This document shows, one piece after another, positions 60,185-63,975 of a stretch of DNA of 63,975 nt. The position numbers were made by a program, and so were the translations under genes. Position 1 is the first letter of the stretch. The number at the start of each line of letters is the position of its first letter. Source of the DNA: Simkaniaceae bacterium (lineage in GTDB: Bacteria > Chlamydiota > Chlamydiia > Chlamydiales > JAJFMI01). The notes beneath the pieces are model-generated. The model was not told where the DNA came from. It saw only the letters and a list, made by a program, of their open reading frames with translations, and did no database searches. Location of the stretch: contig JBBDIZ010000035.1 in the NCBI GenBank assembly GCA_040880145.1, forward strand, positions 1-63,975. Reading direction: 5' to 3'.

Positions 60185-61500
60185 TTTTTCAAATACCTTT
60201 GAATTTTATGCTCAAATGCTTTTGGCAATTCAATCTCTAAAAGAACATCATTCTCCTCATATTCCAGGGAATGAGTCTGGCCGGCTTTTTGAATTTCTGA
60301 AATCAGGGCATATTGACTTTGAGGGATGCAAAGAGAATAGACGGTCCGCAAGGCCTCTAATTCTTTCATCATCATCTCCATAAGCGCTTCAAAACCTTCG
60401 TGGGTTTGAGCCGACAGAAAAACAGTTTTCGAGTATTTAAGGCGCATTCGATTTAAAATTTTCCTATCCGAGACTTGATCGATTTTATTAAAGAGTGTGA
60501 TCATGGGACGCTTGTCCGCTTTGAGCTCTTTTAATACCTCAAAGGTTGCCTCTGCCTGCTCAAAACAAGCAGGATGACTTGCATCGACAACATGAAGCAA
60601 AATATCCGAGTAGAGCGCCTCCTCTAATGTGCTTCGAAATGCCGCAACAAGTCCGTGGGGAATTTTTCGAATAAACCCAACCGTATCAATGAGAAGGATT
60701 TTTTGGTGATTGGGCAGCATAAATTTACGCGTTGTCGTGTCCAGTGTGGCAAAAAGCTTATCTTCGACAAGCACCTCAGCTTGAGTGAGCTCTCTTAATA
60801 GAGTTGACTTTCCTGCATTGGTATACCCAATGATTGAAAAAGTCGGGATATTTAGACGAAGACGACCCTTTCTTTTTGTCTGCCTTTGCTCTTTAACCGC
60901 CTCAATTTCTTTTTCAAGCTGACTCACTCTAGATTTCACTAAGCGTCGATCGATTTCAATCTGTTTTTCCCCAGAGCCCTTAGTGAACCCGGCTCCCCCC
61001 GATGTCTGACGGGATAAATGAGTCCAAAGCCGTTTAAGCCTAGGCAACTGATAACGGGACTTAGCCAGTTCGATTTGGAGTCTGGCCTCTTTTGTTTCAG
61101 CTCGCTTTGAAAAGATCTCTAAAATAAGCTCCGTTCGATCCAACACCGCTTTTTTAAAGGCATTTTCAAGATTTCTCTGTTGATTCGGAGACATCTCGTC
61201 ATCAAAAATAATCACATCTGCCTGAAGCTCTTCCGCTTTTTGTGCAAGCTCCTCCACTTTTCCCTTTCCAAGAAAAGTCCTAGCGTCTCTTTTTCGCAAA
61301 AAAACAGCTTCTTGACATATGACAACAAAACCATAGGTCTTAGCAAGATCATTAAGTTCTTGAAGATGCTCTAAAGCCGCTTCTTTTTCAGAAGATGCGA
61401 AATAACAACCAACCAGAAATGCACGTGTTAAATCATCCAATTCATAACGCACATCCTCATAAAGATTTTCATTTTTCAGCTTAGCCATTGATCTCCTCAA
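60181..61500 (-). CDS. hflX: GTPase HflX
   Basis: An HflX N-domain followed by the G motifs GYTNAGKSTLL, DTVGF and NKID. Confidence 0.92.
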   Translation of the reverse strand: MRRSMAKLKNENLYEDVRYELDDLTRAFLVGCYFASSEKEAALEHLQELNDLAKTYGFVVICQEAVFLRKRDARTFLGKGKVEELAQKAEELQADVIIFDDEMSPNQQRNLENAFKKAVLDRTELILEIFSKRAETKEARLQIELAKSRYQLPRLKRLWTHLSRQTSGGAGFTKGSGEKQIEIDRRLVKSRVSQLEKEIEAVKEQRQTKRKGRLRLNIPTFSIIGYTNAGKSTLLRELTQAEVLVEDKLFATLDTTTRKFMLPNHQKILLIDTVGFIRKIPHGLVAAFRSTLEEALYSDILLHVVDASHPACFEQAEATFEVLKELKADKRPMITLFNKIDQVSDRKILNRMRLKYSKTVFLSAQTHEGFEALMEMMMKELEALRTVYSLCIPQSQYALISEIQKAGQTHSLEYEENDVLLEIELPKAFEHKIQRYLKK

Positions 61501-62272
61501 TAGGAATTTCTAACCCATCATAGCCCATAAAAAATCCACTTGGTAACTCCTTTGAGGTCTTTTCATGATCGAGGTTATGCGCAATGTGAGTAAAATAAAC
61601 CTTTTTTGCTTCTGTTTTCTTGGAAAATGCAATCGCCTCTTCCAAATTGAAATGTACGGGTGTTGGCTTATGACGAACGGCACTGATAACCATTGTATCA
61701 ACTCCTTTAAGGGCCTTAAAAATATCTTGAGAATACTCTTTAATGTCAGATAGATAAGCAAAATTGTGATAACGAAACCCCATAACCTTCATTTTCGCCT
61801 GAAAATAGGAAATCGCTTGAATTTTCAAACCTAAAAATTCAATGATTTCAAAATCTTCCTTCACAAGCTGAAATGCAAATTTCTCACTTCTAGAAAAAGG
61901 ATCTAGATCAGGAGAGAAAAGATAGGAAAATCTCTTCTTAATTTCACGATAAGTCTCAACATTTAAAAGAGTCGGCAGCGCTTTTTCATTATGAAAATAA
62001 TAAACTCTTAAGTCATCAATTCCCCCAATATGATCGTAATGAGAGTGGGTGATCATGAGACCATCAAGCCTTTCAATTTCATAAAGAAGCGCTTGAGAGC
62101 GAAAGTCAGGTCCCACATCGACTAAGATAACTTTATCCTGAATCTTCAATAACCCTGCAGGGCGGGACCGTTTATTTTTTTTTGATTGAGAGCTGCAAAC
62201 AGAACAATGACACCCAATGATGGGGACTCCTAGCGAGGCGCCTGTTCCTAAAAATTTAAAACTTCCTAACAT
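61481..62272 (-). CDS. MBL-fold metallo-hydrolase (PhnP-like)
   Basis: N-terminal Cys cluster GCHCSVCSS and THSHYDHIGG. Confidence 0.8.
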   Translation of the reverse strand: MLGSFKFLGTGASLGVPIIGCHCSVCSSQSKKNKRSRPAGLLKIQDKVILVDVGPDFRSQALLYEIERLDGLMITHSHYDHIGGIDDLRVYYFHNEKALPTLLNVETYREIKKRFSYLFSPDLDPFSRSEKFAFQLVKEDFEIIEFLGLKIQAISYFQAKMKVMGFRYHNFAYLSDIKEYSQDIFKALKGVDTMVISAVRHKPTPVHFNLEEAIAFSKKTEAKKVYFTHIAHNLDHEKTSKELPSGFFMGYDGLEIPIEEING

Positions 62273-62316
62273 GCCTTAGAATTCTAGCTGAATTTTTATT
62301 TGATGAGAATGGTTTT

Positions 62317-62343
62317 ATACCGAAACGACTTCAAAAATTGGGT
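62317..62343. repeat. half copy of palindromic repeat family C
   Basis: ATACCGAAACGACTTCAAAAATTGGGT matches the reverse complement of the right arm of the 13105-13177 copy. Confidence 0.7.
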
Positions 62344-63854
62344 TACTTAGATTGCAATAAGTATTCAGAAATTAATTCCTCAACATTGCTTTCCGATAAA
62401 TTACCAGAAATATATTCATTGAAAATGTCCTGCTTTAAATTATTATACTGAACTTCTGCTCTTGATAACAAAAATTCAGAAACAACCCCGCCAATTATAT
62501 CGACAAATGAATATTCCTCATGAATGTGATGTAAAAAAGAATGCAAATCTTCTCGATTCTCCTCCTTTTTAAATTGAGCTCCCATACTCTTAGCTAATTT
62601 TGAAATCTCAAGATCAGAAGACATTCTTTTGTATTTAAAATTGTAAATACATTCATAAAACAACTTTATTAATTGATGACTATTAGGAAAATAATCTTCT
62701 AAATACTCTCGTAATTCGTAAATAAATGACTGCTTATGAGCTAATGGCTGATAAAAGGGGAGTTTATAAAAGCTAACCGCCTCCCCAAACGATTGATCTC
62801 CCATCACAGCCGTTGGCAAATCACTCTTCTGTATCATAGTTAAAAAGTCGTTGTGGCTAAGAGGAAAAGGGTCGATAATTTTCAAAGAATGCATTCCGCC
62901 ACTGTCGATACTGTCTAATTCTTCGAAGTAAGATTTATTCTTTAAATAGACTTCAATTCTTTTGGCGTTAAAATAAGCAAAAAATGGGGCTGTAAAAATT
63001 TTTAAAGCAACTTTCCGACTGCAATTCTTTTCAACTTGAATTAAGTCAATTTTATTTTTAAAATTAAGCACGATCACAATCTTGTCTTTTGTTGAATAGG
63101 CATTCCAAAATTGAAATAAAAAATTCTCCCATTCAGGAGTGACTCCCTGTCGAAAATATCCAAAATATAAATTATTAGTGGCAAGAAACTCCTCAATACT
63201 TTGGTCTTCAATCAACAATGTCTTTAAAAAACCGCTTTCAATATTTTCGATTTTATAATTTTTTTGATCTTCTTCCAAAATAATTCCTAAGGAATCACAG
63301 GACAATCCTAAAGGAATTTGATTATGGAAATCACGTATTCCATACTCTGCAAGCCGAATGGAATTATCCAGTTGATGCACGGCATGCTCCTGCTGTTTTT
63401 CTGAATTTAAAATAAATGTTGGGTAATAAAGGGAGGGGGTATTGATGATTAAATCATATTTATGGCAATTTTCTTTTAACAAGGCTCTTTCATTATCGTG
63501 AATCCCCGGAAGCAGCAAGAACGTTTCAATTTCTTTTTCAGCGGATTCAAAATACCCGATATTAACGGTGAGTTCTTCAAGCTCAGCGACCATGTAGACT
63601 TGATAGGTCGGAAAAAGATTCTTGATCTTCTCTGCTGTTTTTTTAATGTGAAAATAGTCTCCACGCCCATCGCTTAAGACTTGCCCGGTTACAAGAATGT
63701 GTTTTGTTGGAATCATTATAGGAAGAAAGCGGGCAAATACAGAATAAAGAATATACTTAAAAAGGTCTTTTTTGCCTTCATCATCCTCATCCATTGGGTC
63801 CAGATACAACTTTAATCTTTCAACACGACTTAATGACATATTATAATTATTCAT
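62343..63854 (-). CDS. hypothetical protein, AT-rich orphan; weak GT-B/EarP-like glycosyltransferase hints
   Basis: 503 aa that is visibly more AT-rich than its neighbours. VTGQVLSDGRGDYFH near the N-terminus and AVMGDQSFGEAVSFYKLPFYQP near aa ~350 recall the two signature regions of EarP-type GT-B enzymes. This is only a by-eye resemblance. Confidence 0.5.
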   Translation of the reverse strand: MNNYNMSLSRVERLKLYLDPMDEDDEGKKDLFKYILYSVFARFLPIMIPTKHILVTGQVLSDGRGDYFHIKKTAEKIKNLFPTYQVYMVAELEELTVNIGYFESAEKEIETFLLLPGIHDNERALLKENCHKYDLIINTPSLYYPTFILNSEKQQEHAVHQLDNSIRLAEYGIRDFHNQIPLGLSCDSLGIILEEDQKNYKIENIESGFLKTLLIEDQSIEEFLATNNLYFGYFRQGVTPEWENFLFQFWNAYSTKDKIVIVLNFKNKIDLIQVEKNCSRKVALKIFTAPFFAYFNAKRIEVYLKNKSYFEELDSIDSGGMHSLKIIDPFPLSHNDFLTMIQKSDLPTAVMGDQSFGEAVSFYKLPFYQPLAHKQSFIYELREYLEDYFPNSHQLIKLFYECIYNFKYKRMSSDLEISKLAKSMGAQFKKEENREDLHSFLHHIHEEYSFVDIIGGVVSEFLLSRAEVQYNNLKQDIFNEYISGNLSESNVEELISEYLLQSK

Positions 63855-63930
63855 AACTATATCTAATTTTTTATTTAATTATAAACTAATAAAAAATAAA
63901 AATACATCTAATTATATCAAAATGTAGGCC

Positions 63931-63973
63931 ACAAATAGAAATGTCCCCTTTCCGACAAATAGAAATGTCCCTT
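63931..63973. repeat. tandem direct repeat at the window edge
   Basis: ACAAATAGAAATGTCCC occurs at 63931 and again at 63955, with a 24-nt period. The window ends inside or just after copy 2. Confidence 0.7.
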
Positions 63974-63975
63974 TA

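Noticed and set aside
63931-63975. The start of a CRISPR array.
   Set aside because: The repeats are ~20 nt with only a 4-nt gap, so there are no spacers. No cas genes are in the window.

Overview
About 64 kb of chromosome from a low-GC, Chlamydiae-like genome, probably an environmental or amoeba-associated chlamydia. The taxon call rests on three things: a GroEL very close to chlamydial GroEL1, a 913-aa FtsH with the long N-terminal ectodomain typical of chlamydiae, and tilS-ftsH and rpsP-trmD-rplS gene order. Most of the window is ordinary housekeeping. This includes groESL, tdk, recD2, metG, a long minus-strand run (rpmE-prfA-prmC-ffh-rpsP-trmD-rplS-rnhB-yicC-gmk-rpoZ-metG), tadA, rpsO-pnp, ftsH, tilS, lptF/G-like permeases, rplM-rpsI, miaB, ligA, glgB, mtaB, radC and hflX. 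Four accessory patches stand out. (1) A ~5.7 kb insertion sits between pnp and ftsH and is bracketed by a duplicated copy of the pnp stop codon and terminator. It carries a two-gene operon: a small Cys-rich secreted protein and a 1532-aa Rhs/YD-repeat protein with non-canonical domain order (half shell, then Rhs core with DPSGL, then ~530 aa of unknown sequence, then a second YD block with no core). I consider this the best candidate for an undescribed system. (2) A small islet next to tRNA-Asn holds a transposase remnant, an intact AbiEi antitoxin with a truncated AbiEii toxin, and a SAM methyltransferase. (3) A free-standing cassette of the 23S-rRNA-IVS-protein type (four-helix-bundle protein) is enclosed by ~40-46 nt G/C-hexamer inverted repeats. 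(4) An AT-rich 503-aa orphan lies at the right edge and a TpsB transporter at the left edge. Two families of palindromic MITE/REP-like repeats are scattered in intergenic 3' regions, and several supply the last codons or stop codon of neighbouring genes. No CRISPR array, rRNA gene or intact IS element was seen. All function calls come from motif recognition by eye, and no database search was run.
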